A stretch of DNA of 64,000 nt. It comes from Neoechinorhynchus agilis. Its lineage: Eukaryota; Animalia; Acanthocephala. The notes below the pieces were generated by a model. It ran no database searches, had not been told where the DNA came from, and worked only from the letters and a program-made list of their open reading frames with translations. Location: contig CM121342.1 of NCBI GenBank assembly GCA_051530055.1, positions 12,353,480-12,417,479 of the forward strand, read 5' to 3'. The translations under genes were made by a program, and so were the position numbers. Each line of letters opens with the position of its first letter. Positions within the stretch are counted from its first letter, which is position 1. Of the stretch, positions 37,964-50,751 are shown in pieces.

Positions 37964-39452
37964 TTATCAAATATTATGATTAAGCCGCTCTCTTTAATAC
38001 GATGAACGTCATGTGGCTTGTTCGCGGGTTTTTACAATTATTAAAACTTTTGCGAATTTTTCCTGAAACATGAATACTACAAAAACGTGCACTAATCGCA
38101 CGTTTTGAAAAAGATCGATGTCAATATTGCCCTTTAAAAATTCGGTTTCTAATTTGATATTTTTAAGATAATTAAACTGTGAAAATGTATGTTTCCCGGT
38201 TACTTCCTAATATTTAGAAGCATTTAATTACAAATAGATGTATTAATCTGAAAAGGTCATTCAAAAACAATTTTTATCTCTGATTTTTCATTCACGAACT
38301 CCATTGATGCTGAGAGTATAAAACTGCAAAACACTTCGGAATTTTTCGGTTCGTCTAAGACTTTCAGGTTAATTTTTCAGCAAGTTGCAATATTTTCTTC
38401 TTCCTGTAAGAATTGTTTTTATCGAGGAACCTAACCAATTTTAAGTTATTAGAAGTTTTTGTGTGCTCTGTAAAAATTCGCATGGGGGCTGAAGCCAATT
38501 ATTTCTTTTCTACTAATATTCCTATATTCGTCCCTGCGAAAAATCTTGTTGTGAACAGAAGAACTAAACCACTTTTAATTAAGTGATCTAAAAACGAGCC
38601 AATGAGACTTTTTGAACGAACTTTTTTGAGAAAATCTTGTTCAATTCGTGAACTTCTCTTTATTATGATAAAGTGAAATTGCGAAGATCTTCGCTCGAAA
38701 TTCTTTGTGAAAATATTGAAATATTCGAATTTTTTATTGACAAGTAATAGACTGAGAGTACTAACGACAATATAAACATAAACTATTAATTGCTTTAAAA
38801 ACTTGTTTTTAATGGAATTTTATGTACATGTTTATGGTGATATCTATTTTCATCTTAATTTTTGGAAATCTATTTGTTGGGAAGTGTCGCTGTAAGCACA
38901 AATTGGATCTGATGGTTTTAATATTGGTAGTAAATATATCACGCAGAATTGAAAAAATCGCAACTTTGAAATTATTAGTACAACGACAACAACTTGGGAG
39001 CGTTTAATTGTCTAGGAAACCACATAGCGGCTTAAATACCAAATAATTTGAATACCTAATAATTTTGTAGGGTTAGATAATTTATGGGTCAGAAATTATC
39101 ATCTTCAGTACTTGCTACGTTTCCATGTTTTATTTGGATCAAATTTCTTTAACGCAGAATATAAAAAAATAACTCACAAAGGCAACATGGGTCTGATAGA
39201 TGTAATTAAATTGGAACTGCAAAACAAACCTATGATATATAATTGGTTTAGATCCTTCAATTATTTTGACCGATCATCAAAAAATAGTTTTACTTGTCCG
39301 CTAATCCTTGAAGAACAATTACGGCAGAAGCGTCTTAAATGCTAAAAACCCAACATTAAAACGGGAATTTGCCGGTGTAAGAGTAAATCGTTTAAGTTTA
39401 TGACCTTGGATAAGCACTTAAAAGTGTCTGCAATATCTTCACGTGCATAAAT

Positions 39453-40067
39453 TTATTTAGACAAAGAATTGTGTGTGTTCACGGCATTATCGAAGTCGAT
39501 TGAGAATCGTGTTCGCCCTTCATATTTTTTATACTCAACTCCAGCAAGACCAAAAATGATCCTGGCACCTTGACCAACAACCTTTGTCATGTATTTTTCC
39601 GAGTAATATACAACTTTCCTAATTCCAGCCTGAACAATTAGTTTAGCACATTCATTACAAGGAAACATCGTGACATATATGGAAGTTGGAGCCACATTGG
39701 AGCTGATGGATAATGCGTTTCGGTTCATAATTGCATTCATCTCGGCATGACACGCATAAGCGTACTTTGTTTGAAGATAATCTTCCATTTTGACACTTTC
39801 AAGTCCTTCTCCTCCATTCCATGGAAGCTTGTCATCCGAACATCCTACTGGGAATCCGTTATAGCCTATTCCAACAATATGGTTCGATGCCTCGTCCACT
39901 ATACATGCCCCCACTTGAGTCCTTGGATCTTTACTTCTTTGAGAACTCAGGAAAGCAATGCACATGAAATACTCTTGCCATGACAAATAATCTTTACGCC
40001 CAAGATTATCGGGAATCACTTCTGGAAGAGGTGGCATCAAATCTGTCTCTTTTGAACTGTTTTCCAT
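39453..40067 (-). CDS. DCTD: dCMP deaminase (intronless)
   Basis: [55 protein letters not shown]. Confidence 0.95.
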   Translation of the reverse strand: MENSSKETDLMPPLPEVIPDNLGRKDYLSWQEYFMCIAFLSSQRSKDPRTQVGACIVDEASNHIVGIGYNGFPVGCSDDKLPWNGGEGLESVKMEDYLQTKYAYACHAEMNAIMNRNALSISSNVAPTSIYVTMFPCNECAKLIVQAGIRKVVYYSEKYMTKVVGQGARIIFGLAGVEYKKYEGRTRFSIDFDNAVNTHNSLSK

Positions 40068-40383
40068 TGAGACCTTTGTCCCAGATACCAAAGAATTATC
40101 TTAAATCATTTGGGGAAAAGTGTTAAAACCTGGCGACTGGTTAGAATGCAAGTCTACTATAAGTTTCTTTAGTCTTATAGAACATATTTCCTATATTATT
40201 TTTACATAATATAAATTGGTTACAGTTGTATTTAAAGGAGCTACACATTTACGAATCAGTCATTAGACTGAAATGAGATTTACAAGCGGCTGAAAAACGA
40301 AAGCTATCCGCAATGAACACCCATTCGCTTCATTGGTATCAAAGGGACATTTATCTGAAGTAGAAGGGTGATTCGAATTTCAA

Positions 40384-42106
40384 TCACTCATTTGACTGTG
40401 TCCTTGCGGACTTTGGTACCCAATCAAGATAATCGCTTTTTGCACAAGCCCTATACTCTTCAGCAAGTGTTGCTACGACTTCTTTGGCATCATCGAATTC
40501 GCTTAAGTTATCAGCAAACATGGGTTCGCTTTTAAACCGTTCAAGAAAGGCTTCTCGTTTGATTAATTTCTCGTATTGTTTTATACATTTCTCAAACAAG
40601 CCAACAACACCCGTGTGATTGGCAAGCATAAGTCCATTAACTCGATGAGTGTGTTTTATATAAGGACTTCTTTGTGAAAGTGCCACCTGAATGGAAGCCG
40701 GTCCCCATGGAATAAATTGAGCCAGGCGACGTTCCTTGATTCGAATAAGACTCTGGTGAACTTGTGGGATTTCAACCTGACCTTGAATGATATTAAGGAT
40801 CGATATGTAGCAATGGGGAAAGTCCCTTTCTCTGGACATAGTGACCATGAAGTTTTTTGGTTGAAGAAGGCGTCGCATCACGTCCAGGACTGTAGTTCGT
40901 CGAACTTCACTTTCGTGCTGATCGCTAATGAGAGGAGTGTAACTTGAGATTAGGAAATGAGGATTTGGATTCGGAATCAGCGACGATACGAGTGTCGTCA
41001 AATCATTGTACATGTATCCAGGATATCGCAAGGTCGATGTACTCGCTGACATTATCGTGGAAATTAATTTATTAATCTCAGCGAGGTCAGGGTTATCGAT
41101 ATGCAGACGCTCCGCTGCGATGTGGTTCAATGAATTGTTATCTAACACAATTACACAATCAGCGTTTTGAGTCAGTCGCTTTAGGGTCAGAAGTGCATTG
41201 TAGGGCTGTACTATTATATCAGAAACGTCCTCTTGTACGGACGCAGTTCCAAGTTCAAGAAGGGGTCAAAAAGGCCGAAAATTCAAGATGAACAAAACAC
41301 AGTGAACAGAACATTGATTAAAAGAAAGTTTTAATCGATCATTGATTCTTCAGACCTGAAGGAGAACAAACAAAGGTACATAACTATATATCCTTCATCT
41401 TAGAACCAGCAAGTTAAAATGGTAACTTCTGTATGCGTCTTAGGACGAAATAAACGAGTTTCATAAAATTGCCTAAATATAAGCCAAATACTGGGAACCG
41501 GGTCTCTTGAAGAGGAAAAACAGAATATGTTTGCAAAAGCTTTTTTGGGTATCGATCACTTAGACGCTCAAGTATAAACGACCCCATCCCCGATCCTGTT
41601 CCACCTGCAATGCTATGGCACATGACGAATCCCTCTAGTTGGTCGCTATTTTCCGATTCGCGATCAATAATATCAAAATACTCTTCACTTAGCCGCAATC
41701 CCTTTTCGTACCCACTTGCCCATGAGTTTCCTGCACCACCACCATCTCGCGAAACGTAAACATTCTCGCGGTTATACAGATTTCTGTGGGTGCCTGCCAT
41801 TATGCCACTAATCACACGAGGTTCGAGATCCATAAGAATGGCTCGTGGAATGTAGTGCAAGTCATCAGCCTGATAGAAGAAAACATCTTTACGGTCATGA
41901 ACGGGCTCTGAGACTTGAGACGAATCAATTTCTTTGCCGTTGGCACAAACTGACGCGGAATTGTAGTCTGTGGGTCTAGTAGCTGCGAATGGTTCAAGAG
42001 TGCCTTCAGCATTGATACCATGTTCAACGCAAATCTGTTTCCAAAACTCACTGCCTACTTGGTTTCCACATTGACCCAGTTGGAGGGTAATAAGTTCTCG
42101 CGGCAT
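40384..42106 (-). CDS. TUBG1: Gamma-tubulin, interrupted once (41230-41503)
   Basis: [42 protein letters not shown]|[30 protein letters not shown]. Confidence 0.96.
41230..41503 (-). other. Intron of TUBG1, candidate non-canonical (274 nt)
   Basis: CAAGAG direct repeats and imperfect 14-bp inverted ends; a 262-nt GT-AG alternative would add TRFP. Confidence 0.5.
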
Positions 42107-42714
42107 CTGAAATAGTGTATGGCAGGGTAAGAGAGAAAATCATGATGAAAATATACCAGTAAATGAGTTCGCCTCATATAAAATTCTTATCAAAATATGG
42201 AAAAACGATCAATTGCTAGCGTTTGTCAGTCACCTTATCTGTGTTTTCCTGGATGTGAGAGCAATCCAATTTGAGCTCAAAACGTTCTCAGACATTGGAG
42301 GCGCTCTGGTGCTTTCCATCATAAACCAGCAGGAAGGATCTACTCTTTAATCCCAGATCCGATTGCTTGACCGTGGAAATTCACACAGTGTTCTTAAAAG
42401 ACTTGCCCAGCAACCGTAGCGGCGACGGGTCTTCGAAGTCCTGGCCGTAAGAGTTCTGTTATGTAGCCCAAGTGCCACTACGGGGAAGCGGTGATGTACA
42501 ACCAAAATATACGGATGTTACTAGAATATTAAACAGCGACGGACCAATACAGCTAATCTTTATTGTTACCGCAATTAAATCTAAAATTCACCATACTATC
42601 GAATTTATTGTTAAAATGCCGAGTAAGGGAACAAGACACTATAGCACTTGCTCGAACACTCAATTTTTACATGGATAAATATGACATCCATTAGAGTTAA
42701 TCGGAGTTGTATGT

Positions 42715-45068
42715 TCACAACTGTTCGCGTCTAAGTGGTGGTTTGGGTAGCCTTGAGTGTGTAGCGTTTGATCGTTTCATCAAACTACGACCAGGGAATC
42801 TAAGATGACAGGAAAGGTTAGATGAAGGCAGTATGGGTCGTTGAACACATTTTGCAATCACTGGACCATTACTGCTGATTCCGTTTGGTCGAGAGTCAGC
42901 CTTTGGTGTGCTCCTCACTCCATTCGAAACTTGAGCAGTAGGAGGAGGAGGTCGTGAAAGGTTTCGCCTTGGATGTACGTAATTCCTGGCACTGAGAGTA
43001 TTATCGGACGACGAATGAATGACTGCGGATATCATATTTGCGGCGGTGATGGCCGCGTTTTTAGAGGATGATTTAAATTTGTTCTGAGGTGTTTCTTGCT
43101 TCAACGAGGACTTGATTGCTCCTTGCATATCTTTTCGTTGACTTAGATCACAGGACTTGTCTCTCCGCATTTGAGCGGGTCGTTCCGGACTAATAGCGAG
43201 GGTTTCCGTCTTTCGCTGGCGTCCGCTTACGTATGCCTTGAGTCTTGATCTTGAAGATATTCCAACGTTTTTCTTTAGATATTGATTGTTCTCATCTTGT
43301 CGACTTGGTAATGTTTGCGTTTGTGACCCCAAATAAGGTTGTACGGTTCGCTTATTGGGTCTTGATTGTATGTCTTGTGGTGGATCGGGTGAAACTCTAA
43401 GTGTTTCAGTTCCTTTTCTATTAGATCCGTATCGTATGGGTTGTCGTCTTGCTTCAGGTGGTGTCGATGAGAATGCAGAATGGTATGATCCACTTGAACC
43501 GGGAGACGATAAGTCTGCTGTGGACTGTGGTTGAAGAAGGTCACCATCGCCTGACTGATCTTCTGATCGTGATCCGCCTGATGGGTTAAGAAGAACTGAT
43601 CGTTGAAGATTTTCCATCTGGGCCAGAGCTACGTCCTGAACATCTTTGTAATCGTGGAATCGACGATCACGTGAGCTATCACGGACGCTTCCAGTCGATT
43701 GAGGAGTGAATGATCCATTGAAGTTATACGAAGACAGGGCAATTTCTTCGTTTTATAAGTTTTATGTCAAAAACAACAACTTTTAAAAAGACGGTCATCG
43801 CCAACTTTGTACCCCGAAAATTCCTGCACTATCTGAAGGAAAAGATCAACGGTCATCCTTCAGGCCCTTAAGAAAAGAAGCAAGCGATCGCTTTCAGAAA
43901 GGATTAAGTGTGCAAGTGGCGTAAATAATCCACCAAGAAACGTCGTGAGCTATTTCAAATCATTACTCAATGAACGCTAAAGTTCCCTTTGTGTTTTACT
44001 TTTCAATTTTTTTAAATATTTCAAAGTTTACAATTTTAATACTTGAAAATACACAGACGAACCCCGATGTGACATTACAAATAACCTCAATAGAGGTTTA
44101 AAATCAATGTTCAAAATAGAAAAACGGACAATGTTATTGGGTGTTTTTCGAGAATAATATACTCAAAGCAGAAATTTTTAGAAACCCATTGGTCACCTTT
44201 TTCAGCAGCAATTTTAGTCGTTTGATACAAATTTCGTTTGAAGATCGATATCATTGATTTAATAGCAAACTTCGAGGTTTTGCTTATACGCTAAAGTTTT
44301 TCGAGTTTTGAAATGAACAACAAAAAACTAAATAATAATGACCGAAAATACGATTCCATCGAAGAAATTCCTGTTGTAAGGCCTTGTTTGTTGTTGCTGA
44401 TCCGATTCGGAATTGTATGTTTCTTCTCTGGTCACAAAGCTATCATTGGGTCCTGGACGTATATATTTATAAAAAAACACATATTAGTACAAATTCGCAT
44501 TTTCAAAAAATCTAGAGAAGCGTTCAAAATTTAAAGCAAGACAGAATTTGTGGACGACATCGATACTCCATGCACTAAGTTTGGACGACAAAACGTTCCA
44601 ATACCTATCATATCATCGTCTCGATACGGATAAACCGAGAAAAAATAATCATCGTCATCATAGGGGCATTTAATGTCAAATTCATCCCATTCAAGGCTTT
44701 GATGCGAGGACGTGGATAACTTACGTCCTTTTTGTTCTAACACAATTAAAAATAGTTGGTTTGATTTTCCGCTTACCTAATACGCGATTTTCTTTGACTG
44801 GACTAGATTTTTTCGGCACTATAAAAAAACACGAATGCCATTTGAATTTAAGAGTAACAAAAGTAATACCGTTTTTGCGTTTTTTTAGAGCGATTGATCT
44901 GACTTTATTGATTAAGGCGAAATGAGCGACGTTGAGGTCAGTTATTCGCTGTTGGGTTTCCTCTTCCTTAACTGGAGACCAACGATCTCTCCAATGCAAC
45001 CACTGATCTGAGCTGCGATCAACGACTGCGGCCAGATTTGCCAATTCCGTATTGTCATTCTCAATCAT
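42715..45068 (-). CDS. Hypothetical low-complexity Ser/Pro/Arg-rich protein, multi-exon
   Basis: ORFs 44721-45068, 44531-44743 and 42715-43750 can be joined by GT-AG introns; no family recognised. Confidence 0.55.
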
Positions 45069-45466
45069 CTTAAATCTCTCACACAGGAGGAACAGAAAGT
45101 TTGTCTCTATGGCTGAGTTGTCTGGCAGGACGCAGAATGTATCAGTCAGGAAACGTCAGTTTTTCGAGACTGTGCCGTTCCTCGGCAGTACCAAAGCGTT
45201 ACGCCGCGCGCGACGCAAAAACACCGATTTCGCTTCTTAGGAAAATTCAGCACGCCACTAGAAACCAGGAGAACTTTTAGATAGAAGTCGGGAATTTTGT
45301 CACGAGACTAAGAGCTTTCGGATCCGGTATCGCTTGTAGCCGGAAGAAACATATAGAGAATAAAGTGGCGTCGTGGGAACTTGGCCTCCGTCGATTTAGT
45401 CTTTAAATTGGGGTTTTCCATAAATGATGAAAGCTAAACATGTTCGACGTTCCAAAAACCGCGAGA

Positions 45467-46590
45467 AAAGCATGTCTTATAAATTTCAGATCCTTGTATT
45501 TGTTTATTATCCTTTGATATCCCGTCTGGTTTCCATCTTCATTTAAAAAAACATAGTTTATGATGGATCTAAAATCTCTCTGCCTTGGTCATTTGCTTTC
45601 TTGATCTCTATAACTCGTATTCTTGGAATTTCACTTAATTCGTAATCTTAGCCGATCACAAGAATCTCTCGATTTTTTACAGTCAATTGCTTTTTGACTG
45701 ATTACAAAAACGATATTTATTTTGAAAGCATGTCTTATAAATTTCAGATCCTTGTATTTGTTCATTATCATTTGATATCCCGTCCGGTTTCCACCTTCAG
45801 TTAATAAAAAGCTTAGTTTATGATGGATCTAAAATCTCTCTGCCTTGTTCATTTGCTCTCTTGATCTCTATAACTTGCATTCTTGCTATTTCGGTTAATT
45901 CGTAATCTTAGCTTATCATAAGAATCTCTCGATTTTTTACAGTCAATTGCTTTTTGACTGATTACAAAAACGATATTTATTTTAAAAGCATGTCTTATAA
46001 ATTTCAGATCCTTGTATTTGTTCATTATCATTTGATATCCCGTCCGGTTTCCATCTTCATTTAAAAAATGCTTAGTTTATGATGGGTCTAAAATCTCTCT
46101 GCCTTGGTCATTTCCCTTCTTGATCTCTATAACTCGTATTCTTTATATTTCAACTAATTCGTAATCATAGCTGATCATAAGAATCTCTCGATTTTTCACA
46201 GTCAATTGCCTTTTGACTGATTTTAAAAACGATATTTATTTTAAAAGCATGTCTTATAAATTTCAGATCCTTGTATTTGTTTATTATCCTTTGATATCCC
46301 GTCTGGTTTCCATCTTCATTTAAAAAAACATAGCTTATGATGGATATAAAATCTCTCTGCGTTGGTCATTTCCTTTCTTGATCTCTATAACTCGCATTGT
46401 TGCTATTTCAATTAATTCGTAATCTTAGGGGATCATAAGAATTTCTCGGTTTTTCACTGTCAATTGCTTTTGGACTGATTTCAAATACGATATTTATTTT
46501 AAAAGCATGTCTTATAAATTTTAGATCCTTGTATTTGTTCATTATCCTTTGATATCCCGTCCGGTTTTTATCTTCATTTAAAAGAAAGCT
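45467..46590. repeat. Tandem array of ~259-bp units (~4.3 copies)
   Basis: aaagcatgtcttataaattt recurs at 45467, 45725, 45985, 46244 and 46502. Confidence 0.95.
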
Positions 46591-46799
46591 TGAAGATGAA
46601 ATTCAACCATTTCATGGTATTGGCTAAGGTGTTAGTTTTTCGTCTGTTTATGTTTCATACGAATCGACTTTATTACTGGTATCCGGATCTCTTGGTTTTG
46701 TCAATAAGGATTCCATCAATGAACTGGAGCGTAAAAGAAGGTACGAAGCCTAAGCCGAATTTGTTATTGTGGAAGGTGAGAATGTGTTGCTACGGGCCT

Positions 46800-47400
46800 T
46801 ATTCAAGACTCTAAGTATGCCGGAATTTGCGTAACGTAACATTTCGATCTTGTAACCTTACAGCGATGATCTTTAAGTAGAGTTTGGACTCTAAATACCT
46901 TTTACTGAAAAGAAATTTATCCATACTTTTTATCATGTAGAGAAAATCCTTCGAAATGATAATGTTAGAATTGTGGTGATTATACTCCCGGTTAAAAGGC
47001 ATTTTATTGCTAAGAAATATTTGGATAGAGATGCCCGCTCCTTGCGTTGTGTGGCGTTTAATTGTTGCTAAACACGTCGCTGATCGGTAGTTTTAAGCTA
47101 AAATTAGCTTAGTCCTCAAGAACAATTTGTCGTTTGAGGTTTTGCTTTCCACGAAATGCGTTCTATCAAAATCTATGTGATATTGCTTTGTATCCTGGTG
47201 GTTGGATATGGCAGATGAGTGTTCAAATCGGCGATAGGTTTTTTTATGTTGAACGATACTCCTCTTAATGCCCTGTATCTTTTGTTCGATTCCCGAGAGA
47301 CTGATTATTGTGCCTCTTCTTCTTAAAAGTGTTTGCGAGAATGATCCCTTTATTGTTCTACAACCGAACCCCAACATTTTCGCTACAATTCTAACTTGAT
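46800..47400 (-). mobile_element. Penelope-like GIY-YIG C-terminal remnant
   Basis: RSIVQHKK...SAISNHQ...YHIDF and RYLESKLYLK. Confidence 0.6.
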
Positions 47401-47561
47401 CATCCTTTACTTTGGTTAAAAATACTCATTTTCAACTACATCGTATTTAGTGGCGTTTTATTCTCTGTCGCATATAACGAATTAAATTGAACTTTTTGTC
47501 CACAAACGTACACGCCACAAACTTTTTATCGCGCTTCTAGTGTACACGAACTGCACAAACA

Positions 47562-48323
47562 ATGATTCAAAATAATAGAATCAAATTCTTAGCTGGTATT
47601 GTATTCGTCCTGATGACAGCGTCCACACTATTGCTTTGGTTCGGCATTCTGCGGGATCCAGCACCACGAATGGACAAAAATATGAATATTGTATGCCCTA
47701 CTATTACCGGAGAATTTTCAAATCTATCTTTGGTAGATTTCTTCACTAGTCCAGAAGGTATGAGATTAATGTAGAAAAGCTATTTGACATCTCCTTTAGT
47801 TGGCTATACAAGGATAATCACTCTATCGACTGCTGCAACTTATACAATTATTCTTTTGATGTCATTGGTGATCACTGTCACCAAACAAAAATCGCACTTC
47901 GTTTCATTTGAAATCATTGCAGCTCTATCGATTTTTACAGGTAGGTTGTGTACGAAGTGGATGTACTGACAACCTAAATTCCTTCGAATTTCGATTTCAT
48001 CTTTAGCGATCGTCCAAATGGTAGTGGTATCGCTGGAATCTATCTGTGTCGTTCGATCGAAACGACGTGTTACCGAGACGTTAATCCTAACCAGCACTAG
48101 CATACTTTTCTCAGTGTTCAGTGTGATCGTAGCACAATTGTGTGCCAGTAAGTGTTTAGGCAACAACTCAAAATACGAAGAGAATAGCAAAGCGCTCACC
48201 AGACCTGATAAGTATAAAAGGATTTACTTGAATAATGCATCAAAACGTCGATTTAGCATGCTCCGGGTGAATGCGACGATAGTGGAACAACCATCGATTG
48301 ATGATGATCGAGGTCTAGCTTAA
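47562..48323 (+). CDS. Small multi-pass membrane protein, 3 exons, GT-AG introns
   Basis: About four hydrophobic segments; introns gtatga...tttag and gtaggt...tttag join the ORFs in frame. Confidence 0.65.
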
Positions 48324-48529
48324 ATAAAAAGAATTTTTTTTAACGTTTCAACTGAAATTTTATGTAAGGTTATCAAAATTTACATGCTTCAATTGCTGTT
48401 ATTATTCCTTCAATGAAATTGGGATTCGCGCTTGGATATTTCAAGCTAAGAACGAATTAAATGCCTTAAACCTGAACACTAAATTCTAATTATATTCACT
48501 TGCTCAACACTGAAAATCTTGTGTTCATT

Positions 48530-49961
48530 TCAATCATCAAAAAATTGCTGAAAACACGGTCCAATGCGTCTCACTATATCATCAGTAATAACAGCCCGTC
48601 CATGATCCATAAAAGCAGTAATAGCACATTCTCTAACAAGAGAGCCAGCCGCATACGCAGCTACCATCATAGGGTTTACTTTAGGTTCAATAACCTCGAG
48701 TGATTTGGCCGTCCATCCTGCGAAAGTGCCCATAACTCCGCTTAAAACGTCGCCTTGGCCAGCGCACCTCCTATAACTACCTTTTCGCTCTACTGAAACA
48801 CACTTAACTCCATCGCAAATAAGATCAAAATCCTGTTTTCGAAAAATTGTAAGACCGCCGAGATTTATGCAAAGTTCACACATTTGATCACGGTCGCCAC
48901 TCGCGTCCCTTAATGACTCAACACTCATAACTGCCTTTACCATTCGGTCATATTCCATTGCATTAGGCGTTTTCGAAGACGACGAGGAGAACGCGTACAA
49001 GTTTGAAACACGAATAAATTGTAAAGAAATTATTCATTATAATTTCAGTTTCAATTAGCGATTTTTGATTCAGAAATAGATTTATCTTGAAAATTTTCGG
49101 CCTTTTCGTTGGCCTTCTTCAGTCAATTGTTTCGCATTTCTGAACCAAACATCGCTAATTGAAACTGAAACACGAATAAATGCCTCTTTGTACAGAACCC
49201 TTTGAAAATCAGTTAAGAATAGTAGTTCGGCCGGTGAATAAGCAAAATACGACGTGTAAAAACAATTAGATATTCTTAGATTTAACCTGAAAAAGTATGT
49301 TGTTATAGGAAATGAATTAGATAAATGAAATTAATTTAGACGATTCACGATTCTAGGACGAAAATTAATGTTTAGTCCAATGTTCGTGGGGCGCATTCTT
49401 CGTTGACGTTCACAATGTCGTGACTTTGCTCGGGAAAGGTCTTGAGACCCCCACAATACCAGAAATCGGAATTCTCCTTTTCGTTCGAGTAAGTATTGTG
49501 TTTCTCTTTGAATGTACGATTTGTGGAAATCGATCGATTAACAACAGACCATCCGCATCAATAACAACAGTTGTTTTCGGCATTCGTTCATAAATGTTAG
49601 TCAATATTTTAGCTACGAATTCAAGTTGTTGGTCATCTCGACCAAGTCCAGGTCCTAAGACGACTGAAGTACTTTTATTGATCCATTGCAAAAGTCTTTC
49701 AAGATCGGCGTTTTGGGCGTTTAAGAGTGGATGAACAACGAGGTCAGGGGAATAGGATTTAATAATTGGCGCGGTTGAGTTAGGACACACAACTCGGACA
49801 TAATCAGCTCCTGATTTTAGTGAGCTTATTGCAGAAAAGTATGGTGCTCCGGCGTAGTCTTCGGATCCGCCTATAATAGCCACTCTGCCACATTGCCCTT
49901 TATAAAGTTTACTGGTAAGGCGAGGAATACACTTTTGCATTAAGTTAAGAAGTTCCGACAT
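48530..49961 (-). CDS. NAXD: ATP-dependent NAD(P)HX dehydratase, interrupted once
   Basis: KGQCGRVAIIGGSEDYAGAPYFSA, VLGPGLGRD, VIDADGL, NTILT|PNAMEY, RRCAGQGDVLSG. Confidence 0.93.
49020..49181. mobile_element. Family A hammerhead mini-element nested in the NAXD interruption, 16-bp TSD
   Basis: tgaaacacgaataaat at 49004-49019 and 49166-49181; ~35-bp inverted arms; homologous to 13674-13932. Confidence 0.8.
49087..49126 (-). ncRNA. Minimal type I hammerhead ribozyme motif
   Basis: TTGA-CTGAAGA-AGGCC-AACGAAAA-GGCC-GAA-AATT-T-TCAA: stem I 4 bp, stem II 4 bp, palindromic stem III. Confidence 0.65.
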
Positions 49962-50751
49962 CTAAAAGACATTCAAGATTGCTCAATAGTAAGCAAACAA
50001 TTGGGTGCATACAATCTTTCGCTTTTTGAGTAAGCTTTCGTTCATCGCCAAAATCCATTGTTGCAGTGAAGTCTGCCAAGCGATGAAAGTAGAACTCTCT
50101 AAATTCACGTCAATATTAAGCTGTTGTCGCAACACTTTCCACATAAGAACATACCGCAAGGAGATGTGAAGACAACATTATTTTATGTTCACCAAGATTC
50201 TACGTTTGTTGGGGTTTGAAGCAGCAGAATTGCCTAAAATAAAATCGCCAAATTGGAGCCTCTTTAAAGTGATCCAAAACGCCACACACGGAAAATAGAA
50301 TAAGTGTTAAATTCCAATTGAGCATTGAGTAACGGACTCAAGTGGACGCGTATTCAATGCATAATACAGCTTATTTTTGCGTCGATAAAAAAAGAGGGTC
50401 GCATCGCAGTCTTCTGCCAAAAATCTTTAAGCGTTAATTCAGCATTGATGGTTTCTTCGCACTGTGTACTGAACAAAATAGCCTTTGATTCTCAACGGTA
50501 GCAGGCAAAATATTTGGCTGTATAATTAAAACGGCGATACTAGATACGATAAATGCATTTTAATTATTTTCCAATGTTTGTTTGTGAGAAAAGAGGCTCA
50601 GCTTTACAGATTTGAACGAGGTGTTTCATTGCACGACGAAAAAGTAAGTGGATAACATAAATACCGTTAACTTAAATTATTTGGTTCGACCTGTTACATT
50701 TTCGACGCAGTTTGAGAATAGTTTTGCTCTATAAACTCAACAGAACTAGAA

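Larger units (their letters stand above)
48969..49488 (-). other. Candidate non-canonical intron in NAXD (520 nt)
   Basis: No AG between the last in-frame stop and the TPN motif; AC repeat; inverted ends TCGAA..AGGAGAA / TTCTCCT..TTCGA. Confidence 0.8.

Noticed and set aside
43746-44594. Weak inverted ends at the long intron of the Ser/Pro-rich gene
   Set aside because: A phase-matched gtattg...gaag canonical intron explains it.
45467-46590. CRISPR-like array
   Set aside because: Whole units repeat without unique spacers, the context is eukaryotic, and there are no cas genes.
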